The translations under genes and the position numbers were made by a program. Below are positions 47,584 through 58,232 of a stretch of DNA of 64,000 nt, in pieces. Under the pieces are notes generated by a model that was given only the letters and a program-made list of their open reading frames with translations, did not search any database and was not told the origin of the DNA. Source of the stretch: an uncultured Bacilli bacterium (GTDB lineage Bacteria; Bacillota_I; Bacilli_A; RF39; UBA660); NCBI GenBank assembly GCA_944329445.1, contig CALVIH010000002.1, forward strand, positions 8,242 to 72,241, in the 5' to 3' direction. How positions within the stretch are numbered: the stretch's first letter is position 1; every line of letters begins with the position of its first letter.

Positions 47584-48459
47584 TCATTTTACATTCGTTT
47601 CACTTGCCTTAATTAATCTCTTTATATTATTATTTTCATACTCATAACTTAAATTGTTATTTTTAGAAATAGCGGATCTTTTGGTTTCTTTTTCATACAA
47701 ACTTCTTGTTACTTTAGCAACCTCTCCACCTCTTTTTGCTACTTTTATATTTTCTTTAAGACCTTTTGGCTTTTCTTCTTGAGCAATATCTCTAGTTGTT
47801 ATCTCCCCAATATTTGTAAGAGCAATTTCTATATCACTCATGTTATCCCTTAGTGATTCTTTTCTTATTCCTTTAAACTTTTTGTATTCTGATGCTTTCA
47901 TACCAGACCAAGCCTTATATATTTCATTTGTTAATATACCATATTCATAATCTTTTTCTATTCCATTATCTTTCCATACTTTAGTTAACTTGTTTCTATC
48001 TAAAATAGCTTTTAGTCTTCGTTCTATCCAATCAAGAGAGTATCCATGATTAACGTAGTACTCTATTCCTCTATGAATTGCTTTTTCAGGATCAAATACC
48101 TCATCTATTCTTTCTTTTCCTAAAGATGCTAACCACATCTTAAAGGGTTCTGCTTTAGGGCTTGGTACCGACTCTATAAGTCTAAAGATTCCTTCTGTAT
48201 CTAACATATCTGTACTACGCATTTTTCCATCTTTTGCTTTCAGTTTGAAAGTGTCACAATTTGTGACGGTTTGATTCCCTTCTTTAATCATTCTTGATTT
48301 CAATGTTCTCCAATAATGTGATGGATCATTACTTTCAGTTAAAACTTTAATTACATCAACCACACTAAAATAATAATCTTCTTTGCTATTGTCCCACACA
48401 CTTCTTATTTCGTTTCCTTCAAATAAATTTGTTATTGTTTTTAGTTTATTTTCTACCAT
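47584..48459 (-). CDS. BRO-N domain protein (phage antirepressor-like N-terminus, unknown C-terminal domain)
   Basis: IRSVWDNSKEDYYFSVVDVIKVL...EGIFRLIESVPSPKAEPFKMWL matches the BRO-N consensus. Confidence 0.5.
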   Translation of the reverse strand: MVENKLKTITNLFEGNEIRSVWDNSKEDYYFSVVDVIKVLTESNDPSHYWRTLKSRMIKEGNQTVTNCDTFKLKAKDGKMRSTDMLDTEGIFRLIESVPSPKAEPFKMWLASLGKERIDEVFDPEKAIHRGIEYYVNHGYSLDWIERRLKAILDRNKLTKVWKDNGIEKDYEYGILTNEIYKAWSGMKASEYKKFKGIRKESLRDNMSDIEIALTNIGEITTRDIAQEEKPKGLKENIKVAKRGGEVAKVTRSLYEKETKRSAISKNNNLSYEYENNNIKRLIKASETNVK

Positions 48460-48501
48460 TATATCCTCCTTTGGTTAAAAAAAACTAAGTAGTTTTGCTT
48501 A

Positions 48502-49524
48502 CTACTTAGTTTCTTTTTTGTTATCTTTTTTTAATATTCCGTGGCTTTCACGAACTTTGTTTTCTATTTCTAAGGCAATCTTCGGATTATCCCTTAAGAA
48601 CTGTTTTGCATTTTCTTTACCTTGCCCTATTTTTTCTCCATTGTATGAATACCATGCACCACTCTTATCAACGATTCCAATTTCCGATGCTAAATCAAGA
48701 ATTTCGGCCTCCCTTGAAACCCCTTGACCATACATTATTTCAACCGCTGCCGTTTTAAATGGTGGCGCAACTTTGTTTTTAACAACCTTAACGTTTGTTT
48801 TGTTTCCAATAACGTTATCACCATTTTTTATTTGTTCTCCACGCCTTACGTCCAGCCTTATTGTAGAGTAGAACTTAAGTGCTCTACCACCAGTAGTGGT
48901 TTCAGGATTACCAAATAAAACACCAACCTTTTCCCTTAATTGGTTAATAAATATTGCAATTGTGTTGGTTTTATTAATCGTACCAGATAATTTTCTTAAG
49001 GCCTGGCTCATTAATCTAGCCTGAAGGCCAACGTGAGAATCACCCATCTCTCCTTCTATTTCTGCTTGCGGAACCAATGCCGCAACCGAATCAATCACCA
49101 CGATGTTAATCGCTTCACTTTTAACTAATGCATCACAAATTTCTAGTGCTTGTTCCCCAGTGTCTGGTTGTGACAATAACAAATCATTAATGTTAACTCC
49201 TAAGTTTTTTGCATAAATAGGATCAAGTGCGTGCTCCGCATCAATGAACGCTGCTTTACCTCCTGCCTTTTGTACCTCTGCAATCGCATGAAGGGCAAAG
49301 GTGGTTTTACCAGATGATTCTGGCCCATATATCTCTATTATTCTTCCTTTTGGGTATCCACCAACACCAAGCGCTATGTCCAAGGTAAGTGAACCACTTG
49401 ATACCACGTCCACCTCGTTATGGCTATCCTCTCCTAGTTTCATTATTGATCCCTTACCAAACTGCTTTTCTATGTCTGCAAGAACTTGTTCTAAAGTCTT
49501 GTCGTTTTCAGCTTTTTTTACCAT
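48502..49524 (-). CDS. recA: Recombinase A
   Basis: GPESSGKTT Walker [33 protein letters not shown]; 340 aa. Confidence 0.95.
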   Translation of the reverse strand: MVKKAENDKTLEQVLADIEKQFGKGSIMKLGEDSHNEVDVVSSGSLTLDIALGVGGYPKGRIIEIYGPESSGKTTFALHAIAEVQKAGGKAAFIDAEHALDPIYAKNLGVNINDLLLSQPDTGEQALEICDALVKSEAINIVVIDSVAALVPQAEIEGEMGDSHVGLQARLMSQALRKLSGTINKTNTIAIFINQLREKVGVLFGNPETTTGGRALKFYSTIRLDVRRGEQIKNGDNVIGNKTNVKVVKNKVAPPFKTAAVEIMYGQGVSREAEILDLASEIGIVDKSGAWYSYNGEKIGQGKENAKQFLRDNPKIALEIENKVRESHGILKKDNKKETK

Positions 49525-49662
49525 AAATATCCTCCCAATAATTAATTACAGTAACATTATAATCCATAAAAAAAGAAAAATCAAGTGTTTTTTCGAACAA
49601 TTGTTTGAACATTTACAACCTGATTTTTCTACAATATTTAAATTTTTGTTATAGCAAAAAAA

Positions 49663-50292
49663 CTATTTTTGCTTGTTTGGCTCTTCAATTTCTAATTTTT
49701 CTTCTCTTGAAAAAATTATGTCTTTATTCATTACGTAATATTGAATACCTGAGATTAAAGAGAAAACAGTTGCTAAAACAAGTAAGAAGTTAGCTATATC
49801 TAAGTTAAATAACTCAAATGGTAAATTATAGCATAACGTTAGTATTATACCTAACATTAAAAAGGTTGTTTTTACCTTTCCGCTTTTAATTGCTGCTACT
49901 ACTTTACCTTTACTTCCAGCAATCATTTTTATCGTATCAACCACGGTATCTCTGAATACTATTATAACCGTTATTACCGGTGATACCATTCCTTGCGCCG
50001 TCAAGATAATTAAAGTAGAATTTACAAGCATCTTATCAGCAATTGCGTCAGTCATTTTTCCAAAGTCAGTTACCATGTTACGGCTTCTTGCGATGTGTCC
50101 ATCAAGTGCGTCAGTAATTGATGCAATCGCAAATATTCCAGCCGCAATAAAATATTTTATATCCACGGATATCGTTCCTATTAATACCTTAGGAAACTCT
50201 ATGTTTACCATGTAAAAAGGAAATAATAAAAGTACTATTAATAATACCGTTAAAAATATTCTTACCATTGTTATTTTGTTAGCTAAATTCAT
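49663..50292 (-). CDS. pgsA: CDP-diacylglycerol--glycerol-3-phosphate 3-phosphatidyltransferase
   Basis: CDP-alcohol phosphatidyltransferase motif DALDGHIARSRNMVTDFGKMTDAIADK. Confidence 0.85.
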   Translation of the reverse strand: MNLANKITMVRIFLTVLLIVLLLFPFYMVNIEFPKVLIGTISVDIKYFIAAGIFAIASITDALDGHIARSRNMVTDFGKMTDAIADKMLVNSTLIILTAQGMVSPVITVIIVFRDTVVDTIKMIAGSKGKVVAAIKSGKVKTTFLMLGIILTLCYNLPFELFNLDIANFLLVLATVFSLISGIQYYVMNKDIIFSREEKLEIEEPNKQK

Positions 50293-50303
50293 TTTTCCAC
50301 CTC

Positions 50304-50783
50304 TTAATTCTCTAAGTAACTTATAACGTTTTCTTCTTCTGTTTGCGGATTTATATACTCCGTTACCACGATGTAACTTATTAAAAATATTAATAATATA
50401 ATGATTAACGTAACGATAATAGGAATTAACTTTGACTTTGGCTTATCAATCGCCGTATACGGAGAAACAATCTTTTTTTCTCCTGCCTTTTCCTTTTCTT
50501 TTTCCTTTGATGCTTTTTCTATTTCCGCAATTGGTATCTTTGAGGTTTCTTCAAAAAAATACTCATTAAAATCATCCATGATTCGTTCTTCATCAAGTCC
50601 AAGATACTTTGCGTATCCCCTTATGAAAGATTTTAAATAAAATACGTCTTTAAAAACCTTTAAGTTACCCTCTTCAATGTTCTGTATTTGTGAAGCCCTT
50701 AAGTTAAGATCCTCGGCTGCTTCCTCAATACTTACTCCGTGTTCTTCCCGGGCAGCCTTTAACTCTTCACCTATTTCCTTCAA
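50304..50783 (-). CDS. XRE-type HTH plus single-TM protein (RodZ/YmfM-like)
   Basis: N-terminal HTH (EELKAAREEHGVSIEEAAEDLNLRASQIQNIEEG), C-terminal TM helix; sits upstream of pgsA-recA as in Bacillus. Confidence 0.6.
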   Translation of the reverse strand: MKEIGEELKAAREEHGVSIEEAAEDLNLRASQIQNIEEGNLKVFKDVFYLKSFIRGYAKYLGLDEERIMDDFNEYFFEETSKIPIAEIEKASKEKEKEKAGEKKIVSPYTAIDKPKSKLIPIIVTLIIILLIFLISYIVVTEYINPQTEEENVISYLEN

Positions 50784-50811
50784 CTTGATTCACTCCTTTA
50801 TTAAAAATAAT

Positions 50812-51165
50812 AGTTTTAATAAGCCACGTTCTGTACCAGCATAACTGGTCGTAAACATTTATCTATGCTAAAATTAGCATCCCTTACTCCGTTCGTTTCC
50901 TTCGTAAGGGTTCCCCTACCAAATTTGGGTTTCTCACTCATGGGGTTTACCCTCGTTCCACCTTCTTGGTTTCCCAAGAAAATCGTCACTATGGCACTTT
51001 ATGCCTAACATAACCATATCACAAGGACTATAGGTTACTTCGGCGCCGTTAGGATTAATCCTACCAAAGGTTATTTATTCCCTTTGCATGAACACTACGG
51101 CCATCACAGAACCGTGTGAGCGTGGACTTTCCTCTACTTAAAACAAGCAGCGTTTACGTAAAAAC
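50812..51165 (-). ncRNA. rnpB: RNase P RNA (bacterial type B)
   Basis: Minus strand reads GUUUUUACGUAAACGCUGC...UAGAGGAAAGUCCACGCUCACACGG... AAAGUGCCAUAGUGACG ... GGAACGAGGGUAAACCCCAUGAGUGAGAAACCCAAAUUUGGUAGGGGAACC ... ACAGAACGUGGCUUAUU. This is collinear with B. subtilis rnpB including the P4 sequences, and it lies directly downstream of gpsB as in Bacillus. The ends are accurate to about 5 nt. Confidence 0.8.
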
Positions 51166-51167
51166 CA

Positions 51168-51491
51168 TTATTCATCTTTATCATATATATATTTTTCCAG
51201 CTGTGATAAACGTCTTAATATATCTACGTTCGTAATTTCTTTTTCGCTTTTCTTAACTATATCAATGTTTGCTTTTAAATTTCTAAGTTCGTGTTTTAAA
51301 TCTAAGTTTTCTCTAGCAAGTTCTTTGTTTTCAGCCCTAAGTTCTTTTATTATGTTAATAAACTCAACATAATCTTTTATTATCTGATCAAGGTATTTAT
51401 CAACTTCTTGAAGTCGGTATCCCCTTGTATCAATCTTAAAGTCTTTATCATAGATATCTTGCGGCGACAAAGCTATTCTTCCGTTAAACAT
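51168..51491 (-). CDS. gpsB: Cell-cycle protein GpsB (DivIVA-domain)
   Basis: ALSPQDIYDKDFKIDTRGYRLQEVDKYLDQIIKDYVEF DivIVA/GpsB N-terminal domain plus coiled coil. Confidence 0.75.
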   Translation of the reverse strand: MFNGRIALSPQDIYDKDFKIDTRGYRLQEVDKYLDQIIKDYVEFINIIKELRAENKELARENLDLKHELRNLKANIDIVKKSEKEITNVDILRRLSQLEKYIYDKDE

Positions 51492-51561
51492 TATTTACCA
51501 CCTCTGTAATTAACATTATCGCAAGTTTTTTTACGTTTGTCAATTTACATCTGGTTTATCA

Positions 51562-51831
51562 TTATTTACTTTTTCTTATTTTGTTAGAGCATTTTATTAA
51601 ATCATACGAAGAGACCGAAAAACTAAAGGTAACAAAGCCAACAAAAAAACTTTCAAAACTAACGCCAAAAAACACGAAATTAATGACTATGCTCGCTAAA
51701 AGAAGGATCCAAACAATATACTTACTTGGCACCTTAAAAGTCATTTTAATCGTGTTTCCTAAAATGTTCAATACCACCCAGACACATACGATATGTGGCA
51801 ATAAATTATACAACTGTTTTATTTCTTCCAA
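51562..51831 (-). CDS. Small two-TM membrane protein, unknown
   Basis: 89-aa hydrophobic ORF. Confidence 0.3.
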   Translation of the reverse strand: MEEIKQLYNLLPHIVCVWVVLNILGNTIKMTFKVPSKYIVWILLLASIVINFVFFGVSFESFFVGFVTFSFSVSSYDLIKCSNKIRKSK

Positions 51832-52059
51832 GTTATATCACCTAATTAATTGTATGTGTAATAATTAGGTTTTCTTCCACCTTTGTAACCTCATCAATTA
51901 AATCATCGATTAAAACCAGCATCAAACTTAAATCCCTCATGTTCACCCTCCAAGGCGATAATATCATATTTATAATTTTATTTTTTATTTTCGACAATTC
52001 TTCTCATTATTTTATATAAAAAAAACATTATTTGTAGTATAATTATTTATGGTGATTAA

Positions 52060-52629
52060 ATGATAAATAAAAATGTCTTATCCCGGTTTAATCAAAAAAA
52101 CAAAACCAGTTTTGCAAACCGTGGAATGGGACTTGAAAACGACATAAATTTAGCCAATGAATATTATAAAATTAATGATATAGCCTACATATATAAAAAA
52201 CCTACACCAATAAAACTTGTTAACGTTGATTATAAATTAGGAAAAATAAAAGAAGCTTATTTCCAAACACCGTCAACAACTGATTATAATGGTATTTATA
52301 ATGGGAAATACGTTGATTTTGAAGCGAAGGAAACTAATAGTAAAACGTCATTCTCGCTTTCTAACATTCATAAGCACCAAATTGATCATTTAGTCAACGT
52401 TTTAAACAAAGGGGCCATATCATTTATTATCGTCAGGTTTAACAAGCTTAATGAAACATATTTCTTAAGTACTGATGATCTCGAACGTTTTATTAAAAAT
52501 AATAAAAGAAAATCAATTCCCATCGATTTTTTTAGAAGTTATGGTACAATGATTAAAATAAAGTATAGTCCTAGAATAGACTATATAGAAGTAATAGATA
52601 AATTATACTTTGGAGGTAATAAATCATGA
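52060..52629 (+). CDS. recU: Holliday-junction resolvase RecU
   Basis: FANRGMGLENDIN...YVDFEAKETNS...HQIDHL; overlaps ponA by 4 nt as in Bacillus recU-ponA. Confidence 0.75.
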   Translation: MINKNVLSRFNQKNKTSFANRGMGLENDINLANEYYKINDIAYIYKKPTPIKLVNVDYKLGKIKEAYFQTPSTTDYNGIYNGKYVDFEAKETNSKTSFSLSNIHKHQIDHLVNVLNKGAISFIIVRFNKLNETYFLSTDDLERFIKNNKRKSIPIDFFRSYGTMIKIKYSPRIDYIEVIDKLYFGGNKS

Positions 52630-55394
52630 TGAAGAAAAGAAGCAATAGGGCAAACAGGATTGCTAATAACATAAAGAAAAAGACAAACGAAGTAAAAAGA
52701 AAGGTTACGTCTAATAAAAGTTCTAAGTCAAAGACAACATCTAGTAAGATGAGTAAAAGAAAAAGAGTAGTTCTTAACGTCTTATTAGTATGCGTTATTG
52801 CTTTTGTTGCGCTCGTATCGGTGTTCTTTACCTACGTTATAATAAAAGCACCAAAGTTCGATCCTGACAACTTAAAATTCACCCAAATGTCAGAAATCTA
52901 TGATGCTGATGGTAACCTAATTACCAAAATGGGAAATGAAAACAGAACCGAAATAACTTATGATGATTTGCCAGAGGTTTTGATTGACGCGATAATCGCA
53001 ACCGAAGATGCTCGTTTCTTCCAACATAATGGATTTGATTTGGCCAGGTTTGTAAAAGCCGGTATTGGTCAAGTTTTAGGCCAAGATTCAGGTGGGGCAT
53101 CTACCCTTACGATGCAAATCGTTAAGAACAATTATACTTCTACCGTATCTTCTGGTTTTGAAGGAATAGTAAGAAAGTTTACTGATATATACCTTTCAAT
53201 ATTTAAGGTTGAAAGAAAGTATACAAAAAAAGAAATAATAGAGTTTTATGTTAACGATTCATATTTAGGAAATGGGGCTTATGGTGTTGAGCAAGCTTCA
53301 CTAAATTATTTTGGAAAATCAGTTAGTGAACTTAATTTAGCAGAAGCATCATTCATCGCTGGTTTATTCCAATCACCTACTTATTATAACCCTTATAACT
53401 ATCCTGAAAGAGCCGAAGAAAGAAGGCAAACCGTTTTATACCTAATGGAAAGGCACGGATACATAACTAGTGAAGAAAGAAAGATAGCACAAGCAAATCC
53501 AATTACTTCATATATTAAAACAACACAAACAAATAATACGTATTCAGAATACCAAGGATACATTGATACCGTGGTTGAAGAACTTGAAGAAGAATATGAT
53601 TTAAACCCATACACTACCCCACTTAAGATATACACCGCCATGAACAGGAGCAAGCAAGACTTCGTTAATAAAGTAATGAATGGCGAGGCATGGAACTGGG
53701 AAAACGACCTGGTACAAGCTGGTATAGTTATGACTGAATCAGAAACCGGAGAAGTCATTGCGGTAGGTGCTGGAAGAAACAAAAACACGGAACGATCATA
53801 TAACTACGCAACTATGACAAATAGGCAAATAGGATCAACCGCTAAGCCAATATTCGATTATGGTCCAGCCGTTGAATACTTGGGTTGGGGAACTGTAAAT
53901 TACATAAAAGATGAACCATGGACGTATACCGGTGGGCAAAAAATGAATAACTCAGACGGAGGATATAAAGGAATTCTTCCTATGTATCAAGCGCTTGGTT
54001 TATCTAGAAACGTAACTGCTTTAAAAACTTTCCAACAAGTATCAAACGAAGCAGGAAACGAAAAAATAAAAGAATTTGCAGAAAATCTTGGAATAACACC
54101 AGAAGTTGATAAAAATGGTAAAATTCATGAAGCCCATAGTATTGGATCATTTACTGGTTCAGAAAAAGATGATGAATCAAAAAACAGTCCAATGACCATG
54201 GCCGGTGCATACCAAGCATTTTCAAACGGAGGTTACTACATAAAACCTCATACCATAAAAAAATTCGTTTATAAAGAAACCGACGAAGTAGTTGAAACAA
54301 AAGCAAATAAAACGCGGGTAATGAATGACTCAACGGCGTACATAATAAACTACGCATTAAGTTGGTCAGTAACCGATGGACTTGCTAAAAGTGCTGCTAA
54401 CATAGGAGGTGTTCAAGTAGCTGCCAAAACTGGTACTAGTAACTTTGACGAAGCAACCAGGAAAAAATATGGATTATCAAGCAGAGCGGTTAACGACCTA
54501 TGGGTATGTGGATACACTCCTAAGTATACCCTTACGATGTGGTACGGATATGACCAAATATACAAAGAACATTACAGTACAACATCAACATGGACAACAC
54601 GTGGTAGGTTCTATAAAAACTTAGCTGAAAATTTATTTGATAAAGATGGAAGTACGTTTGAAGTACCTTCTAGCATAGAAGAAGTTTACGTGGTTAAAAA
54701 CTCTGTTCCACTTAAAAGAGCGGTATCAGGCGGAGTAGCAGGCTACTTTAGAAAGGGAACTGCTCCTGAAGAAACAGGTTCAGAAACACCAGAAACATTA
54801 CCAAGTGTTACTGGAGTAACAAGTAGTGTATCAGGTAACACGGTAAGATTAAGTTGGAATGGTATAAGCGCAGAAGAACTCGTCAACCTTGAGTTTGATG
54901 AGAGTTATGGAACAATTGGTTATGATATATACATAAAAGATGGCTCCGGAGGAAACGAGACATACGTAGGAACCACAACGTCTACTTCGTATACGCACAC
55001 AACTAATTATTCAAACCCAGTGTACGTAATATATACAGCTTACTCGAATTACAAAACCAACCGAAGTAAGGGCGTCGAACACAGTGTATCCGTATCGGCT
55101 GACTTTGACGTTAGAGCAAGTAACGAAACAATAAACCAGGGCGATAATTGGAGTGATAACAAACCAATTATAGTATTATATAACTCAGTAGACGTAACGG
55201 ATCAAGCTACCATAACGTTAACCTCTGTATCAGGCCCAGTATCCGGGAAGGTGGATACTAGTGTTCCTGGAAGTTATAAATTAACGTATAAGGTAACTTA
55301 CTCGGGAAGTAGTAAAACAGTAACTAGAACAGTTACCGTAAGAGCTAATAGTACAACAACTACTACTACACCACCAACAGATCAAACACAATAA
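52626..55394 (+). CDS. ponA: Bifunctional class-A penicillin-binding protein 1A (glycosyltransferase + transpeptidase) with a long C-terminal Fn3/Ig-like extension
   Basis: GT51 motifs EDARFFQHNGFD and GASTLTMQ; transpeptidase STAKP and KTGT; a further 230 aa that are T/S/V-rich. Confidence 0.85.
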   Translation: MMKKRSNRANRIANNIKKKTNEVKRKVTSNKSSKSKTTSSKMSKRKRVVLNVLLVCVIAFVALVSVFFTYVIIKAPKFDPDNLKFTQMSEIYDADGNLITKMGNENRTEITYDDLPEVLIDAIIATEDARFFQHNGFDLARFVKAGIGQVLGQDSGGASTLTMQIVKNNYTSTVSSGFEGIVRKFTDIYLSIFKVERKYTKKEIIEFYVNDSYLGNGAYGVEQASLNYFGKSVSELNLAEASFIAGLFQSPTYYNPYNYPERAEERRQTVLYLMERHGYITSEERKIAQANPITSYIKTTQTNNTYSEYQGYIDTVVEELEEEYDLNPYTTPLKIYTAMNRSKQDFVNKVMNGEAWNWENDLVQAGIVMTESETGEVIAVGAGRNKNTERSYNYATMTNRQIGSTAKPIFDYGPAVEYLGWGTVNYIKDEPWTYTGGQKMNNSDGGYKGILPMYQALGLSRNVTALKTFQQVSNEAGNEKIKEFAENLGITPEVDKNGKIHEAHSIGSFTGSEKDDESKNSPMTMAGAYQAFSNGGYYIKPHTIKKFVYKETDEVVETKANKTRVMNDSTAYIINYALSWSVTDGLAKSAANIGGVQVAAKTGTSNFDEATRKKYGLSSRAVNDLWVCGYTPKYTLTMWYGYDQIYKEHYSTTSTWTTRGRFYKNLAENLFDKDGSTFEVPSSIEEVYVVKNSVPLKRAVSGGVAGYFRKGTAPEETGSETPETLPSVTGVTSSVSGNTVRLSWNGISAEELVNLEFDESYGTIGYDIYIKDGSGGNETYVGTTTSTSYTHTTNYSNPVYVIYTAYSNYKTNRSKGVEHSVSVSADFDVRASNETINQGDNWSDNKPIIVLYNSVDVTDQATITLTSVSGPVSGKVDTSVPGSYKLTYKVTYSGSSKTVTRTVTVRANSTTTTTTPPTDQTQ

Positions 55395-55421
55395 AAGATA
55401 ACTTTTTAAAAGTTATCTTTT

Positions 55422-56078
55422 TTATTCTTCATTTAACCAATCATACTCATAAGTTTCACTAGCTTTTTCCTCTTCCTCTTTTTTCTCTGTTTGAGTAACT
55501 TCGGAAGGTTTTTTTATTCCTTTTTTATTCCACTCATAAATAATTTTATCCACGTACCTCAAATTATTAACACCATTAAATACCGCTTCCTTTAACGCTG
55601 ATAAAATAAGTTCATTACTTATCCCCTGCTCTAACCAACTATTTATTATTTCGTATTCCATAGGAGATAAAGTCCTTCCAAATTCTTTTTCAAAATTATC
55701 ATACAAATCCTTTTCCACGTTTTCCTTGGATTCATTATTTAGTATTTTTGAAAATATAATTTCATAAAATAAACTTATATCAACCTTTTCTTCAAGTACT
55801 CCAGAATCATTCTTTTCCATTAAGATCAAAAAAATGTTTTTATCTTTTAACACCGACATTGAGTCGAGTAACTCTTTTTCGGTAAAATTAAGATCACTAA
55901 TTATTTTTTTGTAGTCAAATATCGTTTTATTAGGTTTGTTTAAAAAATAAATAAGAAGGATAAGTGCATTCATATCTAATCCCAAGTCTTTAGCATAGGT
56001 TAAAACGTACTTAGGAACGGTATAATGATTTTCATTGTTTAGTTGTTCTAAAAGCTCTTTTTTTAACATGAATATCAC
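55422..56078 (-). CDS. DnaD-domain protein (replication initiation/membrane attachment family)
   Basis: C-terminal YVDKIIYEWNKKGI matches the DnaD/DnaB-domain YxxxIxxxW motif. Confidence 0.5.
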   Translation of the reverse strand: MIFMLKKELLEQLNNENHYTVPKYVLTYAKDLGLDMNALILLIYFLNKPNKTIFDYKKIISDLNFTEKELLDSMSVLKDKNIFLILMEKNDSGVLEEKVDISLFYEIIFSKILNNESKENVEKDLYDNFEKEFGRTLSPMEYEIINSWLEQGISNELILSALKEAVFNGVNNLRYVDKIIYEWNKKGIKKPSEVTQTEKKEEEEKASETYEYDWLNEE

Positions 56079-56128
56079 TCCTTATTACGAATTATAACAC
56101 ATTGTAATAATTATTTAAACAAACTTAT

Positions 56129-57232
56129 TTACTTGTTAACATAATTTTTTAAAACATATTTTCTTAGCTTACCTATTTCGTTTTTAAGTTCACGATTTAT
56201 TATTTTCTCTTCTATGTCCTTTAAAATGGTACTCACTATGCTTTTATCATTAGGTTTAAGTAAATCTATTATGTCCCTACCACTTATCACTATGTCGGAC
56301 ATTTTTTTAATTGGTAAGTCATCATACCTATCATAAATATTATCACTATTATTTAGTATCTGTGAAGCAATATAACATACGTACGTACCTTCTTTATACA
56401 GCTCCATATCACTTATATATCCATCGTTTAAAACTCTTAAAATAGCGTTTAAATAGTCTTTCTCATTAGTTGTAAATTGATACTTATCACCTGGATTAAC
56501 CTGCGCCCACATACCGATTGGATCACTTGTTTTATTTATTTTTCCAGATAAATCAATTTCAAGGTATTCATCCAGGCCAAACTCTTTTAAAAGCGCTATT
56601 CCCTTTAAAGCGTTTTCGGATGAAAAAATCTTATTTAACTCTTCCTTTTTTCTGTAAAACGATAACATTTCTAACGAACTACGATTATTTATAATAGCAT
56701 CCTTTAATTCAACGTCTAACTCAAAGTCTAATTCGGTTGCAAACCTGATGGCTCTTAGAATTCTAAGAGCATCTTCACCTATTTTTTTGCTTGCACTACC
56801 AATGGTTTTTATAACCTTATTTTCAATATCTTTTTTTGCATCTAATAAATCAACTACGTTCCCTTCTTTATCCATACAAAGCGTGTTTATGGTAAAGTCA
56901 CGCCTTCTTAAATCAATTATTAAACTGTCCGTATAAACTATTTTAGAAGGCTTTCTTTTGTCTTTATATTCAAGATCCATACGATAAGTAGTTATTTCGA
57001 AATTAGTTTTCTTATAAGTAAGGTGAACCGATCCATAATTCTCAAATGGAAGTTTTACACCATCAAAAATTTCTTTGATTTGTCTTGGAGTTGCGTTGGT
57101 AGCTATATCAACGTCAAAACTTTTTTTATCTATTAGCATATCTCTTACGAAACCACCAACAACGTAAGCTTCATATCCGTTCTCATAAAATATATTTAAA
57201 AGTTCAATTGCTTTTTCCTTCAACGATATCAC
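56129..57232 (-). CDS. cca: CCA-adding tRNA nucleotidyltransferase (poly(A) polymerase head-domain family)
   Basis: GGFVRDMLI, DVDIATNA, RRDFTINTL motifs. Confidence 0.7.
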   Translation of the reverse strand: MISLKEKAIELLNIFYENGYEAYVVGGFVRDMLIDKKSFDVDIATNATPRQIKEIFDGVKLPFENYGSVHLTYKKTNFEITTYRMDLEYKDKRKPSKIVYTDSLIIDLRRRDFTINTLCMDKEGNVVDLLDAKKDIENKVIKTIGSASKKIGEDALRILRAIRFATELDFELDVELKDAIINNRSSLEMLSFYRKKEELNKIFSSENALKGIALLKEFGLDEYLEIDLSGKINKTSDPIGMWAQVNPGDKYQFTTNEKDYLNAILRVLNDGYISDMELYKEGTYVCYIASQILNNSDNIYDRYDDLPIKKMSDIVISGRDIIDLLKPNDKSIVSTILKDIEEKIINRELKNEIGKLRKYVLKNYVNK

Positions 57233-57286
57233 CTATATACATTATATCATTTTACAAAAGAAAAAAACCATTTTCATGGTTTTTCA

Positions 57287-57562
57287 TTATTTGTTTACAG
57301 CTTCTTTTAACTTAGAACCAGCCTTGAATGTAACTGCAGTTCTAGCAGCAATCTTAACAGTTTCTCCAGTTCTTGGGTTACGACCTTCTCTAGCTGATCT
57401 TTCTGAAGTTGCAAAAGTTCCGAAACCAACTAATGAAACTTTGTCTCCAGCCTTTAAAGCATCTGTAACAGCACTAGTAAATGCATCTAGTGCACGAGCA
57501 GCATCAGCCTTAGTTAATCCAGCCTTTTCAGCCATTTTTTCTACTAATTCTTGTTTTGACAT
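57287..57562 (-). CDS. hup: DNA-binding protein HU
   Basis: [28 protein letters not shown]...GFGTF...RNPRTGE is near-identical to the Bacillus Hbsu pattern; locally GC-rich. Confidence 0.9.
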   Translation of the reverse strand: MSKQELVEKMAEKAGLTKADAARALDAFTSAVTDALKAGDKVSLVGFGTFATSERSAREGRNPRTGETVKIAARTAVTFKAGSKLKEAVNK

Positions 57563-57677
57563 AATTTTTACCTCCGTCTATTTATGTTCATCTATAAGCT
57601 ATCTTGCTTACAATATAAGTGTACTATTTTTAACGGAATAATTCAAGTATTTTAGGTATAAAAATATCATTTTTTGC

Positions 57678-58232
57678 TTATTTTTTAAGGGTTTGAACGT
57701 TATTTATGGTTAATTCAACCACCAATCGTTTATTTTTGTTTGATTTTTCACACGTAATAAGTAACATTACCCCTTTTTTATCATTATTTAAAATGCCAAG
57801 TTCAGTGTCAAATACGCTGTATATTTTACTTACCTCGTAAGAAATTTTATGTCTATCCTTATATAAATAAACATCATCTCCAGTTCCTAGTTCATCTAAT
57901 CGGTTAAAATAAGTACCATACCCAACTCCAGAGTGACCAAACACGATTAACTTTTCTTTATAATTATCATATTTATAGTAAACTAAAGAATCATCAAGGT
58001 TTTTAAAATCAGCATCGGCCTTTTTTATAACCGATTCTAAGTTTATTTTCGGTATTTCAATTATAAAATCACTTTTATAATTGAAACTTGTATCATTTTT
58101 AAAATAAGCATCTACACTTTTTTTATTGTTATATCTTGCAATTGATACCAAAACTACTTCTCTTACTAGTATTATAACCAGAACAATAAAAACAATTTTA
58201 AGTAGTCTTTTTCTCATAAAGTAAGCCAACAA
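57678..58232 (-). CDS. Sortase (dedicated to the adjacent LPNTG protein)
   Basis: N-terminal TM anchor, His in FGHSGVGY, catalytic LITCEKS (TLxTC-type); overlaps the adhesin gene by 35 nt. Confidence 0.6.
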   Translation of the reverse strand: MLAYFMRKRLLKIVFIVLVIILVREVVLVSIARYNNKKSVDAYFKNDTSFNYKSDFIIEIPKINLESVIKKADADFKNLDDSLVYYKYDNYKEKLIVFGHSGVGYGTYFNRLDELGTGDDVYLYKDRHKISYEVSKIYSVFDTELGILNNDKKGVMLLITCEKSNKNKRLVVELTINNVQTLKK

